From: Eledone cirrhosa
Lineage: Eukaryota
Length of the DNA stretch: 64,000 nt
Assembly: GCA_964016885.1 (NCBI GenBank)
Contig: OZ024745.1
Location: 40,858,001-40,922,000, forward strand
Direction of reading: 5' to 3'
Shown here: positions 1-13,657 of the stretch, piece by piece
Position numbering within the stretch: the first letter of the stretch is position 1
Layout: each line of letters begins with the position of its first letter
The notes under the pieces: generated by a model
Told to the model about the DNA's origin: nothing
Databases searched by the model: none
What the model saw: only the letters and a program-made list of their open reading frames with translations
Translations under genes and position numbers: made by a program

Positions 1-3000
1 GCGACGACACTGGCATCAGAGTCAGGAGAGGCAACTGCTGGTGTTCACAATGCATGAATCAATCTTGTTCTTCTTGAGTCCTCAATCGAAGGTGAAACAT
101 TTATTGTGATTTCTCTAATGGATAGAATATATGTGGCTCACCAAACCTGCATACCCACAGTTTTCTCCACTAACTAAAGCAGTTGTGCAAAGACATTGTC
201 GAATAAATAGTCGACCAACTGCGAGGCCACTGGTGTTCAAGACGCTTGGTCTATATCATTAAACTGATGATCATCGCCTGAGCTACTGCTTTCTATGAGA
301 CAATTAGGGTTATTTTGAAACTTACTTATCTAGATCCGACCGGTTCTGCTGGACTAGCATATGATAGCCATATCAGAGGCACCTCGTGTAGAATAAAGCT
401 TTTCAGTACGCGGATTGGTCAGAGAGAGGCTATCTGCTCAGATTGAATGAGCATATATTGCGCGACATCAGTTCGCTGAGTGACATGTAGAACAGACACT
501 GTGACACACAGGGAGGCCACAAAGACCACCAAGTGCTAACCAGTTAAATCTACTACAGCTCAGAACATATACATATTAATTTAATGTGTACCCACACGAT
601 ATATACATATGTACACACAATTGGATGGCTATTGATTCCCATAATTTACTCCCTCATTTCTCAAGTTTTGTTTTTCATATATCAAGGTGTCCAAGCAAAT
701 ATAGTGGGATTTCCGGTTTAGTCGCCGACGAGCCAAACATGTGACAGACTGTACTGGGTTGCATGTTGCCAGTAGAACTCAAGAATGACCTGACATGGTT
801 CACAATCCACGGCTAGTCATAACCGATGGGTTTCTTACCTTTCCTTCCACCATTGATTTTCAGTTTCAGATCAACGTCTCCGGTGCAATTACTGGCTACA
901 TAAGTGTATATTTATGTAAATATATAATCCGTTTCACATCCGTTCAAGGAAAGAGGAAATGAAGATTTCGATTGATCTTTCCAATGCTGGCAGTATCTAC
1001 CGGTCTCAACTATTGGCACAAATGTCACCGTTTTTTCCAATGTCAGGAGAGGTGATTTGAAATCAGGATGCATAGAGATGGAACAGATATCGCAAATATT
1101 TCAATCTCACCAGCTCCAGCAATGCCTGGCCCTGGACTGCTACTAAATATATGGAATGTGGGATTAGAACTAAGAGAACGGTTGTAGAAAAACGCCATTC
1201 TAACGAGTCTCTCAATTCAGTGTAACTACATCCAAACCCACATGCAAAAGCAAGCGTGAAGACGAATTGTTGCTTCATACAGATATTTCTCTCTTCATAT
1301 ATTTACAGTGCATAAGGAAAACAAAATTTTAAATGTTTGAATAAAAATAGTTTACATAAACCAGCATCTCATGATAATAGATCGTCTTTCAGAATAAATA
1401 CCATATGCATAACTCTTAACTACATAAACATTTCCATTGAAAAGGTAATCAAACTTTTAAAATGTTTTGTTTTTAAATATCCATGTCATAAATAATATAA
1501 CATGGATATTTAAAAACAAAACATTTTAAAATATGTATCTACAAATGAAGATGACATTTTTATACCGTTATATAAGGCACGGATGTGGTAGTACGCATAG
1601 CTCTATATTTTCTCAATGCCTCCGAGACTGCTGGGAGGAAGAGAGAATATAATTGTACCAAACATCAGATCAGAATATTTGCAACTAAATGTACCCAATA
1701 ACGAGAGGAGGACTTTAAACCGAATTGACGATTTAAGTATACCAGCCAAGAATTGAAAACACCATAAAAATATCGCAACACCACTAGTAGGATACCATGA
1801 TAATTCCGCTATTCCACCACCTTCATTTGGGACTTATTTCATCGACACCGAAATAATGAATTTCAAGTTCGCCGTCGGCTGCATTTGACTTTAGGGCTCG
1901 GAGAATCGTTTGTTTATTTTGGAAAGGAAATTTGGTATTAGCATTTAGCAGGAGTTTTAAAAGATAGTTTGTTCCTCATCCTTCTTGTCAGTAATACTGT
2001 GTAATCAAAAGTGTCACCTCATATGGTAGCATCAAACATATAATAGGATGGCAACAATATGTATATAATGGTTCGCAATGTAGACAAAATGTCCAATATT
2101 CATGTGGAGAGGGAAATCGGTTATATCAATCCATATACTTGACTTGTAGTTTATGTCATCGATCTCCGAATGATGAAAGACAATGTTGACCTCGATGCTA
2201 TTTGAACCCAGAAATTAAAGTTCCAGAACGAAAAAGTCAGAGGCCTTGGTTCTGATAATCTACCATTTGAACTCGTACTAATATACGAGTAACATGATAT
2301 TTCGCCTAGCGAGAAAACAATTCTCATTCTGTGCAAGAAATGTTCAATTATAATTACCATAAGATCCTAAAGAAATACACAACATTAAATCGAAAGCAGC
2401 TTTAGTATATTTATGGATTAAGCGGTGATATTCGGTTTAGAAATTGAAAGAATTCTGTTCTCGAGGGTACAGTCCTTAACAATGATAGGATAATGTCATT
2501 ACAAAGTCTTCTCAAGAGAGTACCAGTGCCTATTAGTGGTTATACTTGCCAGTATTATGGTCAAGTATGAAGTGTGCAAAATTAGCGTTTATCCAAATTT
2601 GCTACACATCGCCTAAAAGTGGTAATGTGTCGTTCAAAGAAGTTATTCGTGTAACATCTTGACTTCATATTATAATTGCAGCTGTACTGGCTTACTATAC
2701 CAAATATGAAAAGTTTTCAAAGGTTAGAAATGCTAGAGCATCAGATAGTATGCGTTGAGTTATTTGTTCCGACTCTCTGTAACTGTGTACAAATGCAGCT
2801 GCGATCTGTTACATCATTCATTCTTTCGGGAACGTTAAAAATAAACCAGCCCAGTGTAGGTATATCACACTATTCTTCGAGCTGTCACATCCAGGATCTT
2901 CATCCGGGTGAAGGGTAGAAAGTTCTAGATGGTGTTTATATTTACTGGCAACTATATGTATTCTTAAAGCGGTCAGTGAAAGCATGCTGTTTAGTTAAAG

Positions 3001-3257
3001 AAAGAAGGAGAGTCACCATGGCACTTTTTAAATTTTCTAAAACTTGTGGAAAAAAAGGGTGAAAGATATACTAAAACTAGCTACGTGGCCGGAATGTTTA
3101 CAATTGGTTGAGATCCAGTAAGGTTATCCACGAGTTAAGTATTAAAACGAGTTAAGAATTAATTTTACAAACCATACTCAGTGGCATTTGAACACAATGT
3201 ATCGAAAGAAATACCGAAACGGATCTCGTCCGGCGTTCAAACAATTTCCGCAATCCA

Positions 3258-5450
3258 ATGCCGTGGATATATATATATATATATGAGAGACATAGAAACA
3301 ACCATGAGGCTGTTGGTGGAAATAGAAATAGAAACAACACAACTAACAATAACAATAGCACTAGTACACATAAAGCAGCAGCCTGGAACTCTGGGTTTTA
3401 TAATCCCTCCGATAAATCATTCGACCTGCGACGAGTCCACGCCACGACTTTACCATTTAACAAACGCACGCAGTTGCCGTCGCAGGTCGATGAACAAACA
3501 GAAGCACAATTTAGTATAGCTAAATCCGAACTTAGAAATATTATAGAACAGTATAGCAAGAAGCATAATAGAATAGAGGCCCAGCAACTGGGAGAAAAAT
3601 CTGCAAATGGCTTGCGTAAGCTCATGCAGCGCTCACGTAATGGAGAGATAGCATGCTTTCCAACAGACAAGTCTGGCAGAATGTCGGTTGACAGCCTGCC
3701 AAACTACATCCAGGCAATGCAACCCCACATCACTAACACAAGAGAGGTAACACCACAGGAGCATGAGGATAGAGAAAAAGCCCTCAATGCCCATATGGTG
3801 ATGTGGACGAATATAATGGAGCCCAACAAAAGGACTGCCAACAACTTCCAGGTCTGGAACAATGACGTGCCGGCGTTGTATGGGCTTCGAAAAGACCATA
3901 ATACGGGCTGTGACCCTGTCGCGGGACCACCAACACGGCCAGTCTCTGGAGCTAACATTGCTAGTAACTACAGATTGTCCTACTTCCTCTCCCTGATCAT
4001 ACGCCCCATCATTGAGATGTCCCCAGATGTATGTGACAGCACGGAGGACCTCCTCAGCAGAATCGGCGTGGGTAACCGATCTGGGGACCTAACAAACTGC
4101 ATAATAGGCAGTATGGATGTTGTGTCCCTGTATCCATCTATTGACGTGGATTTTGCTGTGGAGAAATGCGTAGAAATGATCAGCGACAGCAAGGTTGTGT
4201 TCCGTGGGATTGATACCAGTGAGCTGGGACATATACTTAAGCTTACCCATAGTAATAGTTACCTAGACACTTATGACCTTAGCAACCTGTGCCCTACAAG
4301 ACCAGCAAGAGGCAGACCACCTACCATTACCTCAATGGCCAAGAAAACCCACACAGTTAGATGGAACGGGTGGACCAGAGCCATACGGACACCCGAAAAC
4401 CACGATGAACTGAAGAAAATGATTGCACATGCGGTAGGGGCCAGCATAAAATTAACCCTTAAGGAACATATGTTCAAATTTAAGGGAAAAACATATGCCC
4501 AAGAGGAAGGAGCAGCCATTGGTGTTAGCATTGCAGGCGACATAGCTAACTTATTCATGGTATGGTGGGACAGTAGACTTAAACTTAAACTTAAAGAACA
4601 ATTAGAAGACAGCTTAACCCTGATAATGTACTCCCGCTACGTAGATGATATAAACATCGTAGTTAAGACACCCCCACTAGAGAACAGTCAGGAACTAGAG
4701 AAAAACACAATGGAAAGCATCCAGCAAATAGCAAACTCCATCCACCAGAGCATTAGAGTTACTATAGACTACCCAAGTAGACACCCCAACCATCGATTAC
4801 CTGTACTAGACACAGAGCTCTGGTTAGATACCATTAACAACCAAAAACAAATCCTCCATTCCCATTATGCCAAACCCATGACTTCCAAACATCTGATCCA
4901 CCGAAACTTGGCCATTTCGGACCATACCAAAATCAACATACTGATTGCGGATTTGGTACGGGTGATGAGAAATGTGTCCCGCATGTGCAACCCCGAAGAA
5001 CTAGAGAGACACATACAACACTTCATCCACCGTATGCAGTTCTCTGGCTACAATCAGAGAGATAGAATCAGAGTGTATAGAGGAGCCAGAACCAAATGGG
5101 AAAAAATGGTAAATAATGACATAAATGGGACCTGCCCCTTGTATAGGAGCAAATTTTGGAATAGAATAGAAAGAACTAGGAACAAGGCCAATAGAATAAA
5201 CTCATGGTATGATAGCAATAAATACCAGAGTGTAATGTTCATCAATACAACCCCTAGAGGCGAACTAGCCTACAAATTTAGAAGGGCCCTAAATAAACAT
5301 AAACTCAATATTAAGATAGTAGAAAAACCAGGTACCTCCGTAAAAACACTTATTAGCAAGACATACCCGTTCCAAAGACCCTCATGTATAGATAAGAAAT
5401 ATATAACCTGTAAAATAAGCCCCATATTAACTGTAAAACTAGAAATGTAG
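3258..5450 (+). CDS. PLE reverse transcriptase (5' end truncated; the listed ATG lies in the flank before the (TA)n)
   Basis: Motifs PTDKSGR, LYGLRKDH, RPVSGA, SMDVVSLYPSI, YAQEEGAAIG...IANLFM, YSRYVDD, LPVLD, HYAKP match PLE RT palm and thumb. Confidence 0.92.
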   Translation: MPWIYIYIYERHRNNHEAVGGNRNRNNTTNNNNSTSTHKAAAWNSGFYNPSDKSFDLRRVHATTLPFNKRTQLPSQVDEQTEAQFSIAKSELRNIIEQYSKKHNRIEAQQLGEKSANGLRKLMQRSRNGEIACFPTDKSGRMSVDSLPNYIQAMQPHITNTREVTPQEHEDREKALNAHMVMWTNIMEPNKRTANNFQVWNNDVPALYGLRKDHNTGCDPVAGPPTRPVSGANIASNYRLSYFLSLIIRPIIEMSPDVCDSTEDLLSRIGVGNRSGDLTNCIIGSMDVVSLYPSIDVDFAVEKCVEMISDSKVVFRGIDTSELGHILKLTHSNSYLDTYDLSNLCPTRPARGRPPTITSMAKKTHTVRWNGWTRAIRTPENHDELKKMIAHAVGASIKLTLKEHMFKFKGKTYAQEEGAAIGVSIAGDIANLFMVWWDSRLKLKLKEQLEDSLTLIMYSRYVDDINIVVKTPPLENSQELEKNTMESIQQIANSIHQSIRVTIDYPSRHPNHRLPVLDTELWLDTINNQKQILHSHYAKPMTSKHLIHRNLAISDHTKINILIADLVRVMRNVSRMCNPEELERHIQHFIHRMQFSGYNQRDRIRVYRGARTKWEKMVNNDINGTCPLYRSKFWNRIERTRNKANRINSWYDSNKYQSVMFINTTPRGELAYKFRRALNKHKLNIKIVEKPGTSVKTLISKTYPFQRPSCIDKKYITCKISPILTVKLEM

Positions 5451-5767
5451 TGTATAGCATAAGATGTACTGAAGGAAAATGTAGAAACAAAAATATAGTG
5501 TACATAGGTGAGACAGCTCGTAGTATAGGGGAACGGATAAATGAACACTGGCGAGACCTTCAAGATAATAAAGAATCATCTGTACTCTACCAACATGCTA
5601 AGATAGAACACAAGGGTAAATTAGAGAACATAGAAATAAAAATAGAATCCACACACAGAAAAGATGCAATGTTTAGGCAAATTACAGAGGCAGTAAGCAT
5701 AAAAGAATTACAACCAAAATTAAATAGAAAATATGAGTGGAACAGCAACATCACAACTTACAATTAA
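5450..5767 (+). CDS. GIY-YIG endonuclease domain of the same PLE, separated from RT by one frameshift near 5415-5420
   Basis: (PHINCKTRNV)VYSIRC...VYIGETARSIGERINEH...LYQH...RQITEAVSI...PKLN. Confidence 0.9.
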   Translation: MYSIRCTEGKCRNKNIVYIGETARSIGERINEHWRDLQDNKESSVLYQHAKIEHKGKLENIEIKIESTHRKDAMFRQITEAVSIKELQPKLNRKYEWNSNITTYN

Positions 5768-5971
5768 GGACAAAATGAAAACACACACACACATAGAACA
5801 AACAACCAACCAACAACATGTAAATAAATAAACAAATAGATAAATGAACACAAACACACACAGACACCCGGATGTGGCGCATGCGCAAACTGAGCACACA
5901 ACACACACACAGAAACAAAATGGCGTAGGACAGAAGAAAGGAAAGGCACAGAAACAAAGAAAGGAATCCCC

Positions 5972-6016
5972 AGTCACTGAAGAGGTCACAGAGTGTGTGA
6001 CGAAAGGACTATGACT
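5972..6016 (+). ncRNA. Minimal type I hammerhead ribozyme (family A)
   Basis: agtca-CTGAAGA-g-gtcaca(gagtg)tgtgac-GAAA-ggac-TA-tgact; stems I and II pair. Confidence 0.8.
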
Positions 6017-6225
6017 ATATATAAACAACTATCTGGTTGTGGAACCAACCAACCAACCAGAAATTTATAAGTTTGTAGATTTATAAATTTATAAATATAT
6101 AATAAATTGAAGTGAAGCAACTGGTGCGTGAGTTTCTTATTGGCAACATGACCCTCCCAAAGTATAACAATATCGGTTTCAACACACGATTTCAGATAAA
6201 GAATCTTGCTAAACAAATTCAGAAA

Positions 6226-6494
<269 letters not shown>

Positions 6495-6496
6495 TG

Positions 6497-6660
6497 TATT
6501 GCCGCCAAAATCCCCGAGATCGATGGACGAGTCCTCTCCAGCGGTCTCTGTCCTTCATCATCCCTGCTACTATGTTCCAGGTCTCCCTTTTCCACTGTGT
6601 CCGTTTAATGCCTCCCACATGACCGTTGAAAGCAGTCACAAATCTGAAAGTCGGTGAGCA
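6497..6660 (-). mobile_element. RTE-type LINE 3' fragment
   Basis: Minus-strand translation W..VAGMMKDRDRWRGLV resembles the RTE C-terminal DR..WR motif. Confidence 0.5.
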
Positions 6661-8089
6661 TATCCAGCTAGACGTGCTCTCCTCTGGGAAACATTCGAGC
6701 TGACCTTTGGAAGCTCTTCATCATCAGTGCAAACTGATTAATGTTCAGAGTCATCCTCAGAATCCTCGTGTAGCACCCATCCACGATCTGTCACACTTTA
6801 AGGTCGGTGTGGAAGTGGTACCTTCGCAAAGTCCTGAAAAGTGCTATATGAGTCTGAGACTTGGAGACATATTATAGTGAATTTATTTTATACTGAATCC
6901 CCCATCGTAACTACACACCACGAATGTTGAGATCTTTATCCTGCTTACTCCTATTCATCTACCAAAACAACTTTTGCTGAACATATATATATATTTCTCT
7001 TTTGCGAGTCAGACAGATAGAAACTAAGAATTACTCTTAAAATACTCTTTCCATTGTTTAGTTTCTTAAAATACATCGAAGAAAATATTTAGGAGTGTAA
7101 GATTCCTGTCAAGTTAGATGCTTCCGTTTCAGATCTGATTACATGTTTATACAAAAATATCTACTTTAGATGTCATATTAAGTAAATCACAGTATATATG
7201 GATGGGTATATGTATGCCTGGCCTATGTGCGTGTGCATGTATTTGCGCATATGCGGGTTTAGGGAGAGTGATAGTGGGAGATGGAGAGATACAGAGGAGA
7301 AAAAATTCTTTTGATTTACCACATAGATTACATTTCTTCGTAGACTGAGCTCAAGTTGTCAAATACCAATATTCGTTATTTGGATACAGCATGAACGAGT
7401 GATTCGCTTCCTAAACATGAGATACATGGTTCGATCCCAGTTAGCTGTATCTTAGTCGGGTGTCATTTACTCTAGCTTTGTTTTCGACCCACGTCTCAAG
7501 TGAAATAGGGTACTCATAAACTGTGTGGAAGCCCGTTGGTTCCACTAGATCTGTAATTCAGAGGTCCAACTGTGCCACACACTGCATTAAATGTAATCCC
7601 CGAGAGAATTTATTTGACTATACACTTGTTTCTGGAATGCTCAGCCGTTTCAGGTTGATGTCCTAAGCAGGCTCTTTTGTTATTCAAGCAGCTAGAACAT
7701 TCGATGTTGGAATAGATAGGGGTCTATTCCATCCTGCTGTTTTCCCAGACATATGCAAGCTAAGCTTCTAGCTAATGGTATTGTTATGTCTAATAGAAAA
7801 GGACCAGGAAATTCAGGAGATATTATTTCGGAGCTAAGAAAGATTGCAAGGCTTATAACTAACTTTAATCTGAAATTAATATTTTCCTTTATATATGTTC
7901 GCTGCTTATACTTGAAACAGCGTAAATAATTTAAAAACCAAAAGGTTGCAAATTGCCAGACCCCAAATATGGGAAGAGAAATCTCCCCTTTGATCTTGGC
8001 TGAAAGAAAGGAATCTGTGGGTGGTACAGATTTATGAACCAAACAGGTTGTATAAGAACAAATCCTTCATTGGCGTAGTTACTATAGCG

Positions 8090-8780
8090 TTAAATGTAGT
8101 CCTAATGGGAGACTTTAATGCAGATGTTGGCACAGAACTCCTGAAAAAGAATGGAGAATTGAAAGGAAGGGTAACTCCGATCTGAATAAGAATGGTGAAG
8201 CCTTAGACTGTTGTTCTAGTAATGGTATTTCTATTATGAACACCTTCTTCCAACACAAAGACATCCGTATAAATGTGGGAAATCGGGGACAGAAATCAAT
8301 AATTGTTATTGTCTTTGATCCATTCGATTCTGTGTTGGATGTTCGTGTTAAGAGAGTGGCTGAACTCTCAACTGATCAATATAGAGGATAAAGTAGGAAG
8401 CGTTTGCTGATAAGGAGATCATGACCAGGTGTGTTGGTACTATTGCATTCAACTTCAGAGAATTCCTTGATCAAACTGAAAATGTTGCAACGGTGTGGAA
8501 AATGTTGTAATTATAGAGGTATATTCTTTTTAAGCCTTCCCGGTAAAGGATATGCTTAGTGTGTGTTTAACAGATATAGAGATATTGTCGACTCAAATAC
8601 AGCTGATGAACAGTAAGGCTTTCACCTTGATTTTCATATATTCACGCTACAGCAATTATTCGTGAAAACTTATTCCGGAGACCTCGAAAAGGCATACGCC
8701 TACATTTTAAGGGATCTTTTGTTGAAGCTTCTGTAGAAATATGGGATCGATGGATAGCTTCCTGATGCCATGATGTGTTC
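8090..8780 (+). mobile_element. Highly decayed RTE-type LINE (endonuclease and RT remnants)
   Basis: Broken frames give LMGDFNADVG, IMNTFFQHKD, LSTD, DEQ*GF, IFTLQQL, DLEKAY. Confidence 0.7.
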
Positions 8781-10061
8781 GGATAAATGACACTGTCCCC
8801 ATGAGCTTCTCTGGAATGAGTGACAAGAAGAAGAAGAAGAAGAGCGCTGTTTATGCTTTATGCGCTTAGGAATATCACAATATTCTAATTGCTCTACTAT
8901 AAAAAATACGGGGCCTATAAACATTATGATAACTATTATAATATACCAAATATTGTTATTGTTTCAATAAGGAATATAATATTTTTCTTTTGTTCGTTAC
9001 CCCCTGAGGTTGCTTGCGATATATACTTCCACGAACATTTGATTCACGAAATTTCAATATTCACAGAATGGTGTTGCCTACACGTTTCAAACTTTTCTCA
9101 AGCCGAAAGACTCAAAATCTTGAAGCTTATCCCAGTTTTATTTGTCGTAATTGACAGAGACAAGAACTTGCCTTCCACCCCAGTTATAATCGCCCAGTTG
9201 CAGCCCTAACATTTTTCAGATAAGTTGAACTGGAGCAGCGTAAAATGAAGTGTCGTTTCAAAAATGCAAAACACCACCTTACCTAGAAATCGATACTATG
9301 CCCAACACGTTAACTGCTTGGTCCCCATGTTCACGTTATTGATATGTAAATGGTTTAACTATATTCAGAGCTGAGTTTTATACAATGTCCTACCTCCTAA
9401 ACGAATTACTTCTTTTATACAAGTACGTTCACAGAATAGCATTGACATGACACAACTTAAACATATTCCTAACTTTGTTTTAAACCATGTTATTCCTTTA
9501 AAACAAACTATTTACTATTCACTCACAGACGAGGGGATTTTTCCATATTTTTTATCTGCTTTTAGAATTCCCGTTCTTTGATTGATCTGTGTTATTGATT
9601 AATTCCTTATCTCTGATAAAGTTGTCTTTACTGACTTGTTAAAGAAATCAAATAGGAAACTTTCTAATACTAATAGCTACAACTGTAATGGATATTCCTA
9701 GAACAGAAAGATGTTTTAATTCTATATATCAATGGACTTGGTTTTAGAACGTTCTACTCCCGTCTTAAAGCTATTGCAACTTTTGTCACATGAAACCTTA
9801 GATAATGTAACTAGTGTCAGGAATTTTATATTCATGGTGGTTAATGTGGGAAAGCGGCGGAGTGAATTTCCATTACATATAAGAGTCTTATAAAAGATTT
9901 GAGCTCGCATTTAGAAGATAACCACATACATAGGTGTGTGGTTAAAGGGTTCACATGGCAACCAACTTCTTTTTAGGTTCAGCCAATCCGCCTGACAACT
10001 CTGACTTTAAATATAGCCTTGGGTCGAACGACATCTTCGGGTAGTTTGGTAGACATAAACC

Positions 10062-10243
<182 letters not shown>

Positions 10244-10247
10244 AGAC

Positions 10248-10428
10248 GGCGGTTTGGCAGTGTCGGTATAGCGTCAGACACCATGCTTTATAGCATACAG
10301 TAATGGCATTTTAAGTTCTGAATTCAAATCCCACCGAGGTTAGCTTTGCCTTTCGTCCTTACGGGTCGATAAAATAAAGCTCCAGTAATGCACTGGGTAA
10401 ATTGCTAGCCTTGTGCCAAAAGTAAATA
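10248..10428 (+). mobile_element. tRNA-derived SINE
   Basis: A-box-like tggcagtgtcggta, B-box-like gaattcaaatcc, shared core ctttgccttt..gggtcgataaaataaag..gccttgtgcc; multiple copies in window. Confidence 0.85.
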
Positions 10429-12679
10429 TATTGTTATTAGTAGTATTATTAGCATATATTAAAGTTGAAGGGAGTGTAGTTTGTCTTTGCGTGTCAGTGT
10501 CTATGTTTAAATGTGTCTGGTATCCTTAGCCATTACACAGGAAAGCGACCGATGATATAACTACCGGGCCTGAAAATTAGTACCGATATCATCACGAAAA
10601 GAATGTGCATGAGCATAGTCGCAGCCTCATAGCTAAACACAGTAAAAAAAATAAAGAAACCTCTGTTTTTAATCCAGTGGTCATGCTGTTTCCAATTTAA
10701 AGTTACATCTGATTTATACCACATATTCCCACCGTACAAATGAGTGTGTGAAAGTATATCCATTTTCCATAAGCACCATGCATCATCGCTATTATGTGAG
10801 GCCGATTATATTGGCCACAGCATAGAAATGGGTAAACAAAATTATTTTGGAATATAATTGGTATTTTGTAAGTATAGGTTTGCATTATCGTTCAGTATTT
10901 GGAATCATTAGTATATTCCTGTTCATCATCGCATGGTAATATTTATATTCATTATATTATTCGACATTAAATTTATCATCTCTAGCTGTTATATAGTTAT
11001 CATATTATTATTAAGTGAAATACCAATTATATCCCTCCAAAATTGTCAAGTACATCTTCAATTTTCCTTATGTTTATGCATTAAAAGTATACTATAAGAA
11101 CTGCCAACGCCAAAAGCACATTTAGTTCTATCACCAACTATCATGTCTCAATCAAAAGAAATATACTGTCCTGTTATTTATCAACTGTCAATCATTTTAT
11201 AGAGTAAACCTATACTATAAGCACTACCAACGTCAGCCACACGTTTAATTCTATCCTCAGAAAATGAAAGACTCAACAAATAGAAAGCATTTTTCTCTTG
11301 AATTAAATCTGGATATAAGCAATAGTTTACCTAATCGCACTAATTGTTTCGCATGCTGATGCATAGTGAAACAAATGCTATTGCTACTAATGATAAGTTA
11401 ATGCTGTACACCTCACTGTAATTAAAGAAATCTGGATTAAATAAAAAAAACATAAGACTCGGATATATATTTCAAACAAGTTACTACGTTGCGGCATCGA
11501 ACACAGGAACTCATTATTGTAGCACAGATATACTCTTTATCTGGCAACATGGTTTGCTTAAATCATATCAACAATAGAATTTTCTAAGTTAGTCACAATT
11601 TTAAGGAATGGGCAAAGTCGATTACATCGACTAAAATGCCTTCATAGCACTTTGTTTTCTGGAACATAGAATTATGAAAGGCAATGTTCATCCTATTGGG
11701 ATTTGGACAGAGAAACTTAAATGCGAGTAGTTATATCAAGAAACATTGGTCCAACACAGAAACTATAATACCAATCCACGGATAAAAATGTTTTTTTAAC
11801 GAACGTATTGTTGATCATCTCTGAATAAAAGATATATGGCAGTCATGTAATGTTGCTGAATGAAGTGGAGCGACATGAAATGAAATATGTTATTCAAAAA
11901 CTCAATTTGTCATTCGTTCTGGAAATTCAACCCATGTTCATATGAACGTGAGTTCAAGACTCTAACCAGTAGCCCACGCCCAATATTCAAATTTGTGAAA
12001 AGAAGGCAATTTAAGTTAAGATGCTGCTATTGTTGTTGATAGTATTGTAGTTGCTGTTTTCTCCATTACGACATGCAATTCTACTTACTATATTAGGGTA
12101 TGGCAGTGATTTCAAAAGTTTAATGAATATAAATATAAATAGATAACTAAATAGAGGAATAAATAAATTCATAAATAAATAAATAATCTCTTTTTCCATC
12201 AAGTCATTTTTCTGAAATGTCGATTATGTAATTTTGTTTAATACAACGTTCATCATTTCATTTTTGGCAGCTATTATAATTACCGCTAACAGTTTTTGAC
12301 TAGTTATATCTGGCAGATAAACAGACGTATTACACTGATTCTGTATGATATTTTCTCCAGCAAATTTCACGCCAAGTTTTGTAAGTGTTCGTTGCAGTAC
12401 ATAGATCAGTGAAGAAGGCGCACGTTGTCCTTGACAACACATTTTATTTCCCAAGGCGCCACTCAATGCAGCTGGCAAAAATGTGTTCCGCCTGTAATTA
12501 AACAGCCTTGTCACAAGCTGTTTCACACTGAATCTCCATAATATCTACGTTAAATGTGCAAGTTGCATTGTAATGTTTCACCACTTGCATATTAATTTCA
12601 TTGGCCTAGTAAGTTCATGATCATACCCTGATGAGCATATTCATTTCACGAGCATGCCCTGATATTTCTATGCGAATGC

Positions 12680-13657
12680 CCTAGTATTTGTGTTCGGATA
12701 AATTGTGTTTAATTTAAGTCATTCGGTGTGGGAGTCGGACTCTGCCAAAGGAGGATAATCTCACCTCTCCTGTTCATTATTTGCATGAACCGGATTGACA
12801 TGCGCAGCCGGGTTCGTAGTGGTGTCATGACTGGCGAGTGTAAATTCAGTCGGCTGGAATTTGCAGACGACATGGTGCTACTTAACAACAGAAGGTGATC
12901 TCCGACTTGCACTTAATAGGTTAGATGCCGAGATCTGCTTGGCTGGAATGAAAATCAGTGCTGCGAAAACTGAGGCACTCGTTCCCTCAAGGAACCCTGC
13001 GCAGTTCACTCTACATGTGAATGGAGTTCCACTGAAGCAAACAGAGAAGACCAAGTACCCCGGGGTCGCGTTCACGCGTAATGGAAGGCAGGAGGCTGAA
13101 TTAAGCGCATACATTGGAGCTGGTGCAGCAATGCACAATCTTCAGCACTCAATATACAGAAGACGGGAGGCAAGCGTAAAAGCTAAACTCGCTATCGTCA
13201 ATTTGCTATTCGTGCCAACCCTTTCCTATTGTCATAAATCTTGGGTAATGACCGAACGAATAGATCGCGAATACAAGCGATCGAAATGGGGTTCCCCCAA
13301 AGAGTATATGGGTAACATTACACAATAGAGGGAGTATCTCTGAGATGAGTGAGTCACTCCAAGTAGAGTTCTTACTTCTACGAATTGATATCACAGCTCC
13401 GATACTATGAGCATGTGGTTAGAATATCTTAGAAAAGAAACGCTGGGCAAATTTCACGTGCAAAACCAACCGGCAGGAAACCTAGGGGTAGACCCCAAGC
13501 AAGATGGTTGGATAACATCCATGAACTTGGCTGGATTTGCTTATGGGTCCAGCCGGATAATTTGGAGAAGTTTGTTTCTGACAGGAACTGCTGGAATGAG
13601 TGTTTGAGAACTGTGCCCACATGACCCTCTGAGGAATATGTGGGTGAAGAAGATGAT
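12680..13657 (+). mobile_element. RTE-type LINE, 5'-truncated and decayed (C-terminal RT)
   Basis: Frames give GVGLCQRRIISPLLFIICM, LEFADDMVL, GMKISAAKTE, KYPGV; frameshifted; DR..W near the 3' end. Confidence 0.85.

Larger units (their letters stand above)
3284..6228 (+). mobile_element. Penelope-like retroelement (PLE), 5'-truncated, with RT, GIY-YIG and hammerhead-bearing 3' terminal repeat
   Basis: RT and GIY-YIG reading frames followed by a ~460-bp non-coding tail containing an HHR; flanked on both sides by (TA)n; the tail recurs inverted at 35144-35468. Confidence 0.93.

Noticed and set aside
10248-10335. tRNA genes at SINE heads
   Set aside because: A- and B-box-like motifs are present, but there is no cloverleaf and they are fused to the SINE core.
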